A stretch of DNA of 64,000 bases from Antedon mediterranea (Eukaryota > Animalia > Echinodermata): positions 1,178,001 to 1,242,000 of the forward strand of contig NC_092680.1 of assembly GCF_964355755.1 (NCBI RefSeq), given 5' to 3'. The translations under genes and the position numbers were made by a program. Position 1 is the stretch's first letter. Each line of letters starts with the position of its first letter. Below are positions 12,001 through 40,380 of this stretch, piece by piece. The notes beneath the pieces are model-generated. The model ran no database searches. It was not told the DNA's origin and saw only the letters and a program-made list of their open reading frames with translations.

Positions 12001-15000
12001 GATTGATTCACCATTTTTAAAATTGTTATGACGTCATCATGTCCAAAAGCGTCAATAACTTTGGTCACTAATTTTCACCTATTCTGCACTGTATGTAGTA
12101 CGTATACAGTATATAGTGTATACCGTATATACTTAGACGTGACACAAAATAGATGGCGCACTAACATTTTTTTCAGTGGCATAATCGTTTTTCTGCACGC
12201 AATATTCTAACGTATGACGTGCACGTGGCTTTTGCGCTGCGGATAACCTAACTCGTCCATAGTGACGAGTTCAAATCTAGTTTATTTTTGGTTCTTTTTA
12301 AATATTTAGGCAAATTGCCAAGGATAACCATAAGCGAATTCATTCAATATCCTTATTAAAGTTGGGATTCCTGTTTACAAAACAAACATATACACAAGAT
12401 GCTCTACATAAACAAAGTCTTATTACAAGTCTTTGGGAGTGGAGTTGTAAATTGTCATTAGAAATAATCCTGACAGGACTTGAACCTAGGACCCTTGGAT
12501 TGGTAGCCAACTGCACAACTCCTTAACAGTGCAAACAATAGGCACTCATTTGTACATGTAAAATATTTCAGTTTTGTTTTAAATTTTTAATTAAATTACC
12601 TTTAAATCATCAAATGTGAGTGTGTAATGAAGTATTTCTGCAAATTGCTTGGACAAAGCTTGCTGCGTCTCAAGATGTTGAGTGGGCGACATTTCATCGG
12701 AACACAATACAAAAAGTAGCTGTTCTACTACGGTTTCTAAAAAAAAGAAACAAAAACAAATGAATGTAGTAAAAGAACATTAGAATTATATTTAGTAGAG
12801 ATACAACCAAATTGGATAAGGCGGCCTAGGGTGGTCCTTGGTCCATGCAAATGGAAAGCTCCCTTTAGTGCACATGGTCAGTGTTCTGAATTAGTCAAAT
12901 CACCAAACACAGTAGGGAGGTTTCGCAACCTTACGAATACGATAACGAAAACGGACACGTCATACATTTGTGAAACTTTTGAGCTGATCCCCATTTCATA
13001 TTCGTAAAGCGTATTCGTGTTGACGAATATAACCAGTCATATTCGTAACTACAAAACGAGTATAGTTTTTAATCTATTTTGCATTTGAATCAGGAATGAT
13101 TCATGATTATAATATAATTATAGATTTATTGAAAGTAATTTACTAAAGTAATTTACTAAAATGCCAAGACAATTTTGATAAATAGCAGTTTTTAAAGTCC
13201 TCACTCGCTTTGATGTTACGCTAGGCCTAGGCAGCCAAGCACCAAGCAACACGTACCGGACCAATGACAAGCGAAAGTTCGAATAATCCATCGCTTGTGA
13301 TTGGTCAAATCGCTTACGTTGCGTTACATCATTGTATTGCATTCTAGCGGGAACTAAGCTTTACACTATCTACTTTAAATTCAAGGAAAACAAATTATGT
13401 ATTAGTTTTTATTTAAATTCGTATAACTATGCTTAGTTTCATTTGTTTACATCTTTAAATCCTATTAATTATTTCCTTTAAGAATGTTATGATCATTTAT
13501 GGTTAGCTGCTACATTTACACCAAAAAGGTGGTTATTAATCCGGACGTGTTTCGCTTTAGAAGGTTATTTTCAAATCTTAACAATGTTTAAAAAAGAATT
13601 GTTTGCAGGCAATTATTTCCACTGTTTGTCCATATGGCTTAATATCCATTAAAAAAAATGCTGTGTTGAATAAAAATGTGAAATCCCTGTATTGAATGTT
13701 TTAAACTCCCCTTCATTCAAATGTACAACATAACAGCATAGCCCATTTTTGGCCTAATACAGTTATAAATTTAATGGTTGCAATACTTATATTCATTTGT
13801 TGAATCTCTGTGGCACTCAAACAATAAAAATAAAAATGTTAAATAACAAGAAAACACCTGATTTAAACTGAACTATCAAAAGAAATATAATTTACATAAA
13901 GCAAGCAAGCAATACAATGTTTGTTGCCAGTAAAATGTTAAAAAATCGTTACCTAAAATGCATGAATATTCATAGTATGTTTTCAACTTTGTTACAAGTG
14001 GACATACGGCACGCCATGCGATTTCTTGAAGTTCCTCATTTCTAGGATTTGAAATGGCCTTTTAAAAAAATATAATTGCTCTGTTATTTTGAATGCATTC
14101 TCATAATATTAAATATTTGGAATTTGGTAAAAATACATGTTGACCATAATATATTAATTATTATTAAAAATGCACACTCCTTTATAGATGTTCCACATGA
14201 ATGAACATAGTGCATAATAATAGAATAGTCCATTCTGGAATAATAATTAATCAACATCAGGTCAGTAGTACAGTATATACTGACCTGGGAAAAAAAGAAG
14301 CGAGGTCAGTAGTACAGTATATACTGACCTGGGAAAAAAAGAAGGAAGGTCAGTAGTACAGTATATACTGACCTGGGAAAAAAAGAAGCATGGTCAGTAG
14401 TACAGTATATACTGACCTGGGAAAAAAAGAAGCGAGGTCAGTAGTACAGTATATACTGACCTGGGAAAAAAAGAAGCGAGGTCAGTAGTACAGTATATAC
14501 TGACCTGGAAAAAAAGGTAGCATGGTCAGTAGTACAGTATATACTGACCTGGGAAAAAAGAATCAAAACATGTCATTTGAAATCCATGTATTTGTGTGAC
14601 ATGTTTACTACACTTGACTGCTACTAAATTACAGATGATTTATTTTCCAAAATGTTATTTCAAATTCAACCAAAAAATTCCAAGAAAATGTATGGAAAAT
14701 TATAATATAATATAGAGTATAACAAAATAGATTATCAAATGTTGGAACAATTTTCGACTTTTAAAGAAAATATGATTACCGTATATTTCGGTGTATAAGT
14801 CGCACTTTTGACACGCAAATTTGACCTCTAAATTAAGGGTGCGTCTTATACACCGAACATAAATGCCTCACCACACAGATTGTACATAGGCCTAGGCTAT
14901 CGTCACCTCGTTTGCTAGGCCTGAGTAGGCTAGGCCTAGCTACAGTAACTAACTAACGTAACGGCAACCTGCTTCTGCCTAGGCCTAGTTTTAAAGTCAT

Positions 15001-16311
15001 TTTAGCATGATGTTATACTAAATATGATGAAAAGATTTGTTCCTTATGGCGCTCCGATAAAATTTCATTTGTAAACGTTTACGTCGTACGATTGGAATAG
15101 TATTTATTTATACAGTAGTTATACGCACGATCGCCGTACCCCAAGCGCACCCCTTCTTTTGGTGGCACATGGTGTACGGTATTCGACTAGTATATTCTCC
15201 AGGTGATTATAGCATGGACCTAGCGTACACACTTCTCGGATACATAGATACCAATCGAATACGATTGTCCGTGAAAACGTGCGCCCTCTCGAAATGATCG
15301 AGCGAGGCTAGCCCACACACGTGCGTGTTACACACACGGTCATGCACTCGATGTTGCGGCGAAACTCATGAATAACAAGTTAGAAAGAACTTGTTGAGGC
15401 TGGGCGCGGCCGAGCCTAGGTAAGAAAAAACCTAAATAAAGGACGCCGTTGTAGATATAACAAAATAATTATTACAATAATATTGATTACAATTTAAAAA
15501 AACATTGTTTTGATGAAATATAAGGTGCGTCTTATACATCGACGATATAAAAAATACCGATATTTTACTCTCAGTTGGGGGTGCGTCTTATACACAGGTG
15601 CGACTTATACACCGAAATATACGGTATGTGTTAGTATAAGAATAATAATTATAAGTCAACCTCCTGAATTGGTGATAATTTGTTGTTAATGTCTAATAGT
15701 AATACTGCCATTTTGTTGCTTTACTTACTTCTCGAATCTCGTCACCCGCTCCTTGATAATTCCGAAGGTCGTCCAGTATGTCTGGAAATTTATCAAGCTC
15801 AGCCCTCACTTGTTGCCATATAGCCTGCTCCTTCTCTGTGGGTTGTGCATCTATGGCGAGGAAAAACGGGTACAAATATGTTAAACTACATCATGGAATT
15901 ATATTATATTATATTTAATTATTATCTTTACATACTCAGTGATGAAATTAAAAGGTGTGTTTCAAAACATTAAAATTCGGTACAAGGTTTAAATTCAGTT
16001 TACTCAACTGAGCTTTTATTGAGCTCTAATGAGCCTACTCAACTGTAGCATTCATTGAGTTGCCTTAAGCTTAGTTCGCACTAGTACTTAACGCAACACA
16101 AGCATGTAAGCGATCAACTCTAGTGGGAACCAAGAATTAGGGATCGTGTAACAAATATTATTTTGTTTACAATTTAACCGTGTAATTATTTGGCAAGGGG
16201 TAGGGAGGATATTAATAATCTTCTTTGCTTACTTTCAAAGTCTAGAAAGAAGTCAGCACGATTACCATCATCTTCTCTACCAGCACCCAAAATCTTCAAT
16301 AGATTACCCAT
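6071..16311 (-). CDS. CYRIB: CYFIP-related Rac1 interactor (CYRI/FAM49), 328 aa, 10 coding exons
   Basis: Exons (minus): 16233-16311, 15729-15850, 13953-14058, 12600-12736, 9303-9377, 8461-8583, 7878-7957, 7411-7537, 6607-6677, 6071-6137. All introns are GT-AG and phases match (987 nt). Translation [67 protein letters not shown] is the DUF1394/FAM49 signature, with N-myristoylation Gly2 and the Rac-binding RR. Likely a single invertebrate co-orthologue of CYRIA/B. Confidence 0.95.
6305..6415. mobile_element. MITE family A, internally deleted
   Basis: Same internal repeats (ATCACTACCATATTT x2). Confidence 0.7.
8940..9201. mobile_element. Two abutting family-A MITEs
   Basis: Two AGCTCTGTTTACACTA starts (8940, about 9056), with internal parts in opposite orientations. 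Confidence 0.75.
9481..12280 (+). mobile_element. Non-autonomous Helentron/Helitron-like element (outer copy, interrupted at its poly-T)
   Basis: 5' sub-TIR GTTATCCGCAC with adjacent inverted copy; 3' sub-TIR TGCGGATAAC, hairpin ACTCGTC..GACGAGT and CTAG end at 12277-12280. Confidence 0.7.
9543..11126 (+). mobile_element. Non-autonomous Helentron/Helitron-like element (inner nested copy)
   Basis: AGTTATCCGCACATGGCAGTGTGCGGATAACT 5' end; GTGCGGATAACT + ACTCGTCA-AAG-TGACGAGT hairpin + CTAG 3' end; long internal homology to 11127-12280. Confidence 0.75.
12310..12530 (-). mobile_element. Degenerate tRNA-derived SINE fragment
   Basis: Minus strand GGGTCCTAGGTTCAAGTCCTG (B-box-like) near 12470-12500. 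Confidence 0.4.
14259..14560. repeat. Minisatellite of about 44 bp, 7 copies, each with an internal palindrome
   Basis: Unit GGTCAGTAGTACAGTATATACTGACCTGGGAAAAAAAGAAGCGA. Confidence 0.95.
14779..15624. mobile_element. Non-autonomous Tc1/mariner-pogo-type DNA transposon
   Basis: Perfect TIR CCGTATATTTCGGTGTATAAGTCGCAC, TA target duplication, subterminal GGTGCGTCTTATAC repeats. Confidence 0.85.
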
Positions 16312-17512
16312 AGTTCTCACCTGCTTACAAGAGAGAAAAGAAATAGTTACTCAACCTTACTATAATAATACTGTATAAGATTGGTAAAGCGCACATATCC
16401 AGTCAAGTGCTCACTGTGGACTAGATGTTACACTTTCAGTAACATGCTTCTTCTCCCCTAAGGGTCTCGTCATGTACCTTCCTGTATGTATAGTTAGTAG
16501 TCTCTGAAGTTTTCTCAATATACAGTAATATATATTAATATAAGTAATGAAATAATAAATGGACAATAATAATTGAAACATATAATAATAAATGTAATGA
16601 CAACCATAGAGTTTGTTTTCAACAACCTGTAAACAACTTAATCTTTATTTTCTCATTTATGGTCTCTTAAAAAGAATAAAAACAAAGCCAGACTTAGACA
16701 GTATTTTTGGAAATCATAAATTGTGCAACACAGTTTGCTGCTATTTGTGCTTATTATTTAATATTACTTTGTCATTTTATTTTTTATAAAACTACTACAA
16801 GTACTAGTACTACTATATTCATGGTAGTGTAGTATTATATAGTAAATGTTGAATTTATATCACTTAGTTTTACATTTTACATCTGTTGTGTGAGAATACT
16901 ATTTTTACATTATTAGTGTTCAAATTTTTTTTTTTAAGAAGTCAGTTTTAATTGTTATTTTTTTGTAAATTGTCAAGAATCTCAACTTCGGTTGCATTTA
17001 GTAGAGTATATACTGTATATCAAATAAATAAACTGAATAAATTAATTAATATCAACTTTTTATATATAATATTTATTGTCAGTATTGTCTGGTATAGAAT
17101 ACAGTACTTAATATCACTGTATATTGTATTGTGTATGTGTTGGTCTACTTTTATGAATAAACTCTACATTGGGGTACAGTACTATAAGTATGCTACTAAA
17201 TATTCAAGTAAGACTGATGTGTTCCCCCAAGAGGACCAACTAGTCAGGATATCAGGACCACTCAGGATGCTCATCAGCCTAAAATCAGCCCATGTGAGGT
17301 CATAGCCAGACAGAAAAAGGTCACTGTATCATACTATATAATTATATTTCTAGTTGGTTTCTGAAAATCTAAAGAATTCTGTATGCGTGTATTTATAATA
17401 AAAGTAAAATGTAATATTGCTCTACTTCATTGCTGGTAACATGCTACAGAGTTGTACTAATGTGATCTCACAGTGACATGTGACATGCTAGGAGTAAGAT
17501 AGTTATATTCAT

Positions 17513-17752
17513 GTTCAATGCTCTCCAAGATGTGTATTGGTTTCGGTAACACTTCAAAACTTAAAATCATAATACCTTTAGTTTTTTTAATTGATTTGTG
17601 CTAACTCACTCATCAGATTAAATATATAACTGTACATCAAAGAGCTAAGAAGCATGTGTGAGTTTTGTGTATATTTGTTACTATTTTATTAAAATACCGT
17701 TGATTTGAACAGATTAACGTATACCAAAATCAAATATGGAAAGGCATTGAAC
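17513..17752. mobile_element. Old TIR element
   Basis: Imperfect inverted ends of about 29 bp: GTTCAATGCTCTCCA..TTGGT / ACCAA..TGGAAAGGCATTGAAC. Confidence 0.45.
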
Positions 17753-20599
17753 GTAAATCTGCGTACCATACTTTAATGAAGACAGCATGTCACATGACAT
17801 GTGTAGTGACAAAATTAACATACAGTATAGAACTTTATTTTTTAGTACTCATATGCCTCTAATTTATTTTTTATCTTTATGTTTGTTTTGGTTAAAAAAT
17901 TAGAATATGTTAATTAAACAATACAATGCATTAGAAAGAAATCAAGAATAGTTTCTGTAAAATTAATAATTTGATATGACAATTGAAAATGAAATTAACA
18001 GCAACTTTAATTTCACTGATGACTAATACAACACAATTGTACAAAATGACAAACACTTGACTTGGTTGGAGTAGATACTGCACAATGCATAAAAGGAAGT
18101 TGAATACAATAATTTGAATATAATTTGTAATTAATTGATAGAAATTGATGTAAAAAGAACTTGAATAATGTGTGTCTGTCAACTATTAATAAAACAAATA
18201 CAATGCACAGTAATGGTTGACTTGCAAAGTCTTTTTTATGTTAGTTTAGTGCACCATTTTTTTTCATTTATGACACTGTTTTATTATTTATGTTTTTAAA
18301 TTGTATTTAAAAGTTACAGTATTCATATTTTCATAATAAACAACCTTGTTAAAATTCATCCAAGTACTGTACTGTACATAAATCATACATAAGTTGCTGT
18401 AAGCAGCAGTATTGCACATTAGATTACAAATAAATAATATGCCATTGATTCAAAAGAGATTGCATGTTTGCTTGTTTTGTTCACATACTGTAGTGTACAG
18501 TGTTAATTGTATTTGTCAATGTCTGATTGGGCTTGCGCTTAAAATGTACTTAAACCTGATGAGGCATATGAGGTCTAGAGAATGCCGATGCATCGTAATA
18601 GCTCTTTCAGCTTTTGCACTGAAACGTGAATGAGCACTAGCCAATGGAACGAAGCACACAACTATTATATTACATTTTATACAGATGCCAAGCTGCATGA
18701 CTGAGAGACAGATTGCGCCAGTCCCAACACTTTATTTGAAACACATTTGACTTTAAACTAAACGTACATATTAGAAAAGGAAGACGCACCAGTGGAGATT
18801 ACACTATTTTAGCTTTATTTATATACAGTATATTATTATACAGTGGACTAAACCCCTCCTTTTCAGGTGACATCCCTATTAAGTGTACACCTTCCCATGA
18901 AACCAACAAGTGCTAATAATAATATATGTTTTAACACTGTCAACAATAATATCATTTTTCATCAATACATTTGGATTATATTTTTACATGGCAAAGATAC
19001 TGTCCGGGTCATGGACAATACCATTATCTAATAGGGGTATCTAACACAATAGTTAACAGTTTTAATCCTGCCTTTGAGGGGAGAGAGAGAGCTATTGTAA
19101 TGTCGGTTTATCCAGGTAAATTTGTTTTATTGGATCTCTAAATTCCTAAAAAAAAATACTCTGTACAATGATAATTATACAGTGTATAATTTGGAAATTA
19201 TTGGAGGGCTGAATATCAGTTATTTTAACAAAATAGACCTACTCTGTTGTAGTGTACTGTACAAAACTTAATTAATATACAACAAATATAATTTAAAAAC
19301 ATTAGGTACTTACATTATAAACACTTTACTGTACTAGTAGTAAAATCAAGCTTGTAGTACTGACATACAGTACAGTAGCACATTTCCTACTTGTAAACAG
19401 TTAAACAACAATGCCTTCTTTTGTTAACCATTTACCTCATAATATTAACAATCAAAGGGAAAGTCCCTTCATGTATGCAAATACGAAAAACCTGAGAATA
19501 TTTCTGATAATAATAAGTAATATTAAAGGCAGTCTAAATGCAGTTTAGACACATGTAGTACTTATCTTTGTTCTGTAAAATGTAAAATTGATAAATTCAT
19601 TTTTTTTAAACTAAAGTGTCTAATATTTAATAAGGGTTCTACCTAATAGCTGTAATTTTAATTATGTTTTTTTGTGAAATAAAGTAAACACTGTAAATCA
19701 CAATATAAATCCGTGAACATTTTAAACAAATTGAAAACAAGGCCATTCTTTCTAAGACAAACATTAATTTGCAACACAATGTAAACTGGATATTAATTAC
19801 ACAAGTTGTATAATCTGGTTTTGTTTTTAATACTGTACTACGATAAGTATTATACAGTAATGCAAATTACTACCTATGTAGTAGTAAGGCAGTTAAAGGA
19901 GGTTCCACCCAAAACAAACTTACACCCATTCCAATCATTGTTGTTGCCTCCTCAAAAGTTCCTCCCTACTATTAAGAGTAGTACCTGCTAATATACAGTA
20001 TGCTATATTCCTCCCACTCCCCACTTAATCTTTACTGATGATACAGTACTGTACAAACTGATATTTTACCAGTTAAAAAGTACAAAATTAAATAAGATGA
20101 ATTAAAAGCAATTTTACAAATTAATTTGCATTCCAATGTACAGTACTACGTTATGCAGTTACCAATGGTTAGGAATTTTTAATGCTACAACTATCCCCTC
20201 AGATTATAGGGACATTGTAAAAATGGCTTAATTGCATAATTGATGACAGTAACAGCAACACACAGTGCTTGCTATATTGACATGAACAGAATTTTTCTAA
20301 AACAAAACAAAATGTTGTTTAAAACAAACAAAGCAGCTATCTATTATCTTAAACCAAACCATTTATGGAAATCAAAACCTACATTTTTCGCACTATAATC
20401 ACTCACTATCACAGACAATTTCAGGTAGGAGAAAATATGTTTTTCTACATATGACTGTTCCAAGTTTATTTAGTTATTCCATCTACAGTATACATTTTAT
20501 TTTAAACTAATGTGTCTGTAGCCTAATTCTAGTACAGAGAGGGGTTGGGGGGAGGAGTCGGTTATAATGACTGTTGTAAATAAATGAGTCATACATTAA

Positions 20600-21063
20600 G
20601 ATTATGAACAACCTTGCACCTCCATATTTATTAAATAAGTTCAATATCAAAAACAATTACTATAATATTAGAACTAAGCCAAATTTAATAGTACCAAAAC
20701 CAAAAACAAACTGCAAAAAACGTAGCTTATCATATAGAGGTGCCAAGGTTTGGAATAAGCTACATGAAGATATTAAAAATGTGAACTCTGTCTCTCTTTT
20801 TAAGAAACTGTTAACTGCTAATTTCATGTAGCTTTATTTAAATGTAGTGTATTATTTAATTTTATAGTTAGTAAGTGTATCCTTGTTTCATTTTATTTCA
20901 TTGTAATTGTTTTATTATTTTATTTGATATCTGCTTTTTACAATTATTATTGTTGGTGTTTTCCTTTGAGCACGGTCTTACTGAAAAACAACTTTTAGTT
21001 GAGTTAAGTATCCGTGATTAAATAAAGCTTATTATTATTATTATTATCATTATTATTATTATT
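20600..21063 (+). mobile_element. 5'-truncated L2/CR1-clade LINE 3' end
   Basis: ORF NNLAPPYL..PKPKTNCKKRSLSYRGAKVWNKL..SVSLFKK is typical of the ORF2 C-terminus; followed by a 3' UTR, AATAAA and an (ATT)n tail. Confidence 0.8.
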
Positions 21064-22247
21064 GGCATACAGTACAGTGTACTGAGCAGCCTATACCACA
21101 TGAATCCTGTACCTACTGTACAATCAAACATGGTATCATCACATGGATTTTAGTGGGAAATTCTACTGTATAATATTAACCATTATAATGATTTCAAAGA
21201 ATATCATTGACAAAATTGGTTAAGTGATCAGTACATTGTATTTTATAGTTCACAGAAGGATGTTTTACTCTGAAAATAATACAATGCATGGAATCATTGT
21301 TATTGTGCAAAACAATTTTGTTTTCAAGAAAGTTCCGCTATTTTTTGTGTGTGTAATATAGTGACATTGTTATAAAACAGAATTTACGAGAGTAACTAAA
21401 CTAAAATTACAGTACTATTGTTATACGTATACTGTAGTATGTTTTTGTTTAATTGTATTATACTGTACTAATAGTTTCTATCATTTGTTTTGTAACAAAT
21501 GATAGAAGCAATATTTTACAAGGATACAGTATGTTATGGACAGGAGTGGGAACATCAATCTTGAAAATCATAGATCCACCCTTGAAGTGTACAGTAAACT
21601 ATCCGCCGGCCAGATTAATTTTAATAATTAATGTCCTGGTTCGTTTTTTGTTCCTATACACCACCCAATATTTTTGACACTCACTCATCAATTAGACTTT
21701 TCAAAATACACCCTTCAGTACTTTGCAGAAAGTGTAAAAGATTCTAAAAATGACATGGATTGTTTAAAATTGACTATTATAATAGCATTAGAAATAATAT
21801 AGTTATATGTAATGTATGGAGCTTTTGATTTGCCACAATTGACAACCAACCCAGTAGGTCAGGTTAATCAATGACAATGTAGCGTATATCAACGCCTGGA
21901 CATAGAAACCATCAAAACATCTGTAGAGGTGAAGCATGGAGTGACACTCGTCCCAATATTGCACACAATGACCCGATGTCAATGAACCAAGTAAATCTAT
22001 ACTGTACTAAGTAAGGGTGCACATTTATATGAATAGATTAGAGGTGTGTCCCTACTTAGCAAGCTAGGCCTAACTGAATATTAATAATGTCCTTTTAAAT
22101 CTTAGGGTAGGCTTATAATTTATATAATATATTGGGATTTCCCTCCACTCCATCCAGGCTACTGATACTCTGTACATTTGTTTGATAAATACACACAAAC
22201 AAACACACACAAATGTTATAATTTATTAATAATTATTTTGGACTTAC

Positions 22248-22640
22248 CAAATCACAGGAATACAGAAAGGATATAGTCAGTTCGTTAGACTAGCTAGGCC
22301 CTCTTTATTAGGCCTTCTGTATACTCAGCTAGCGTCGTAGGCGTGTGAACGTATAGCAGGCAGACGGGCAAGACTCACTCGCTCCCGGTGGTCGTGTGGG
22401 TGATAAACACACGCAAAAACTCAAACGTTCTCTGTCTGGTGTCAGGAAGCTGTTAAATGAAAGCTACAGATATAATTACCAAAATAAAATATAGAGGTCT
22501 TTAAAAAGAAACATCACATAAAATCAATTACCAATCATAAATATTATTTTTAAATCGAGTAATTTCCGGGTATAACTTACTCCTAGGCCTAGTCGTCCCC
22601 GCGAGATAGGTGTCTCTCTGATCTGTAAACCGGAAGTAAC
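22248..22640 (-). promoter_or_regulatory. Probable CYRI promoter and non-coding first exon(s)
   Basis: CpG-rich patch with minus-strand GTAAGT donors at 22247 and 22580 and an ETS motif CCGGAAGT at 22630-22637. The ATG exon has its own acceptor at 16321-16322, so an upstream UTR exon is implied. Confidence 0.5.
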
Positions 22641-23249
22641 GCTTTTTTGTCGGTATATCGAAAATAATATTCTTAATTGAGGGCGCAATATCAAAAGAAA
22701 TATAAAAAATGTATTTAAATATAGTATAGTATAAATAAAGTAGGAAAGAAATCCGAAGTTTTATCTCTATGATAATTATGATGTAAAGTTAGTTGAGAGT
22801 TGTTTTTTTGCTTTCTGCATTGTTTTGACAAAAATATATTGAATGGAACTACCGTATGAAACCAGCTGGAAATAAGATTAAAAATAAAAAAAGAAGGACG
22901 TAGGCTACGAGCTACAGGACGAGCTACTATTTTACTAAAAGAGAATATTATAATTTATTATATATAAATTAAAACGAATATTTTACATTTCGTTTAGGAA
23001 TTTAAACTTTTTTTACGTTGAAACTGGTGGATGAAAAAAGTACCAATCGAAAATCGTTTGCAAATACTAGTTATGTTGTGACTCAAATTAGTTAGAAGAG
23101 TATCAATTAATTTGTCGAAACGCTTACAACCGAATTCATTTAAACCAAAGTTTTCCAAAAATCAAAATGGGTTGAGTTGTAACGAAAAGTTAACAAAAAA
23201 CAACGGAAATGAAAAAATACATTTAATAAATTTAATAATAAGTCTATAA

Positions 23250-23420
23250 TTGCAACCAATAGCTCTGCTGCTCTGATTGGATCAGAAATCACGCGAAAGC
23301 ATGGCGTATCTCTGCCGCGCATACAACGCGCATACGCGTACGTAGTTTTTATCAGAAAAAAAGACAGAAGCATGCAGAGCTGAGAGAGGGGCTGCGCAGC
23401 AGACTATACAAAAAGTGACA
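23250..23420 (+). promoter_or_regulatory. Probable guanylyl cyclase promoter
   Basis: Inverted CCAAT pair (CCAAT 23256-23260, ATTGG 23276-23280) and a CpG-rich patch about 100-250 bp upstream of ATG 23507. Confidence 0.4.
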
Positions 23421-23506
23421 TCCTACTTTTTGACATCTTGAAATTTGTTGTTAGTGCATCTGGCCTACAAACCTCCGATATAATTATATCAAATCGTGAC
23501 ATAGAG

Positions 23507-38526
<15,020 letters not shown>

Positions 38527-39074
38527 AAGCAAATCGTGCATTGTAGAACCAGTTAACTATGGCCAAGAAAACACCTACACGCAACGCAATTGACCAATGA
38601 CAACTAACAGTTTGAACAATCCTTCGATTGTGATTGGTTAAATTCTGTTGCGTGTATATCTTTGCGTTTTGTCCTAGTTTTTTTTTTCAAAAACTCTGTG
38701 AATAAATGAATCAATGTAATTTGAGGTAGTTTAAAGAACTCTGTTTTATAATTGCTGAACGTTTATAAATGAAATGAAAAAATTAAATAATAATTCAAAA
38801 TAATTTAACTGTTAATTAATCAATTTAAATTGCATCGATATGGAATGAATATTGAATTGGAATGAATATTAAATTGGAAAATAAATCAAATGAATTAAAA
38901 TTGCAATTATTAAGTCTCGTGGTTATTATAATTAAATTTGAAATAGATTTGTAAATGTTATAAAAAATAAATCAATTTTCTGGTTAGAAAATAAAGTTTA
39001 AAAAAATCAACCTTATGTGGTTATTAACGTAATTGTTCATGTTTAAAATAATTATAAACAAAAATACATTTAAC

Positions 39075-39220
39075 TGTCGATAGATTGAGACATAGACAAT
39101 AGTATCAATCCATCCCAATTTGTCGATAGATTAAGATATAGACAATAGTATCGATCCATCCCAATTTGTCGATAGATTGAGATATAGACAATAGTATCGA
39201 TCCATCCCAATTTGTCGATA
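39075..39220. repeat. 46-bp tandem repeat, about 3.2 copies
   Basis: Units at 39075, 39121 and 39167. Confidence 0.9.
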
Positions 39221-40272
39221 TTTGTATAGTTTCATAAAGTTTAAATAAAAAAAGTTGAATTGATTGATGTTTTGACATTTCTTATTTCTTGTTTTCTTAT
39301 TATCATTGTGTACATAAAGCTAACTGTATCCCAGTACGTCTTAAATTACCAGTGTTAAATCAACAGAATAATATGTTTTGTTCTTCTCCATTGTCAATTG
39401 CACAATAGGTTCATGAGATGTTAAATTAGTCTCGTTGCGTCTTGTGAATAATTGTGACATGACTTGATCGACATTTTCTATACTTACATTGCTTTAACAT
39501 GGGCCTATTGTATAGGCTACATAATATCACTAAATGCAATACATCTTAAATTACATCGTAGAAAAATACTTACTCCGTACATAATTGCAGATGTGACATC
39601 TTCATAGTTTGAAATAGTCATAAATATCTGTAGATAATAAGAGAAATAATATTAATAATGTTATTTATTATTAGTTTTTTTCATATGGTTGAAGCAGATA
39701 ATGTTTCCTCAACTAAGTTGGTTTATTCAGGTCTACAATCTATTAAATGTATGGAATCAAAGAACTTATAACACAACAATCTCCTGTTCGTCCGAAGCGC
39801 GTAACAATTTCGAAAGGCATTGTGGGATAGAATAGAGCTATGGGTGGCATTGTGAGCCATGGAGTAGTAGGGCGCCCGCTTCAAATTAGAAAGTCAAAAT
39901 CATAGAGGGGATCATCTGCCAATATTCTAGGGGGGGGGGGGGGTAGAGTAATTGACTTCCTAGTTTGGAGGGGGCGCTGCTCCATGCTGTGAAATGGCGT
40001 CGCCCAGTTTGACCTTTTAACCCTGTACTTCCGATACTGTGTTTTGAATGTAAATTGAAGAACAGGAGATTCTTGTGTTATAAGTTCTTTGATGGAATTA
40101 ATTCTATACAAAAGAAAAGGGTGTTTTCTTTAGTTGTAAGACTTATAAAATCAACAAAAGTACGTACAAGATACATGACATACATTAGGGAAGAAGACGC
40201 AATGTAGGTGCATAAATAATGATACCTAAAGTGAAAATTATATGTATTTTTGCCAAACAATATTGTAGATAA

Positions 40273-40380
40273 AGCTCGACTGTCTACACTTTAAAAATGT
40301 ATGTGACAACAAAAATGTGGTGTGTCCATATATGGTCATGATGATGTCATATCAATATCATATTTGGGCATATAACTACC
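40273..40380. mobile_element. MITE family A, truncated
   Basis: Left TIR and first half only. Confidence 0.6.

Noticed and set aside
14259-14560. CRISPR-like palindromic repeat array
   Set aside because: Linkers are near-identical rather than unique spacers, there are no cas genes, and it lies in a eukaryotic intron.
18556-18600. Hammerhead-like CTGATGA + GGCAT/ATGCC stem
   Set aside because: No GAAA after the stem and no stem I or III support.
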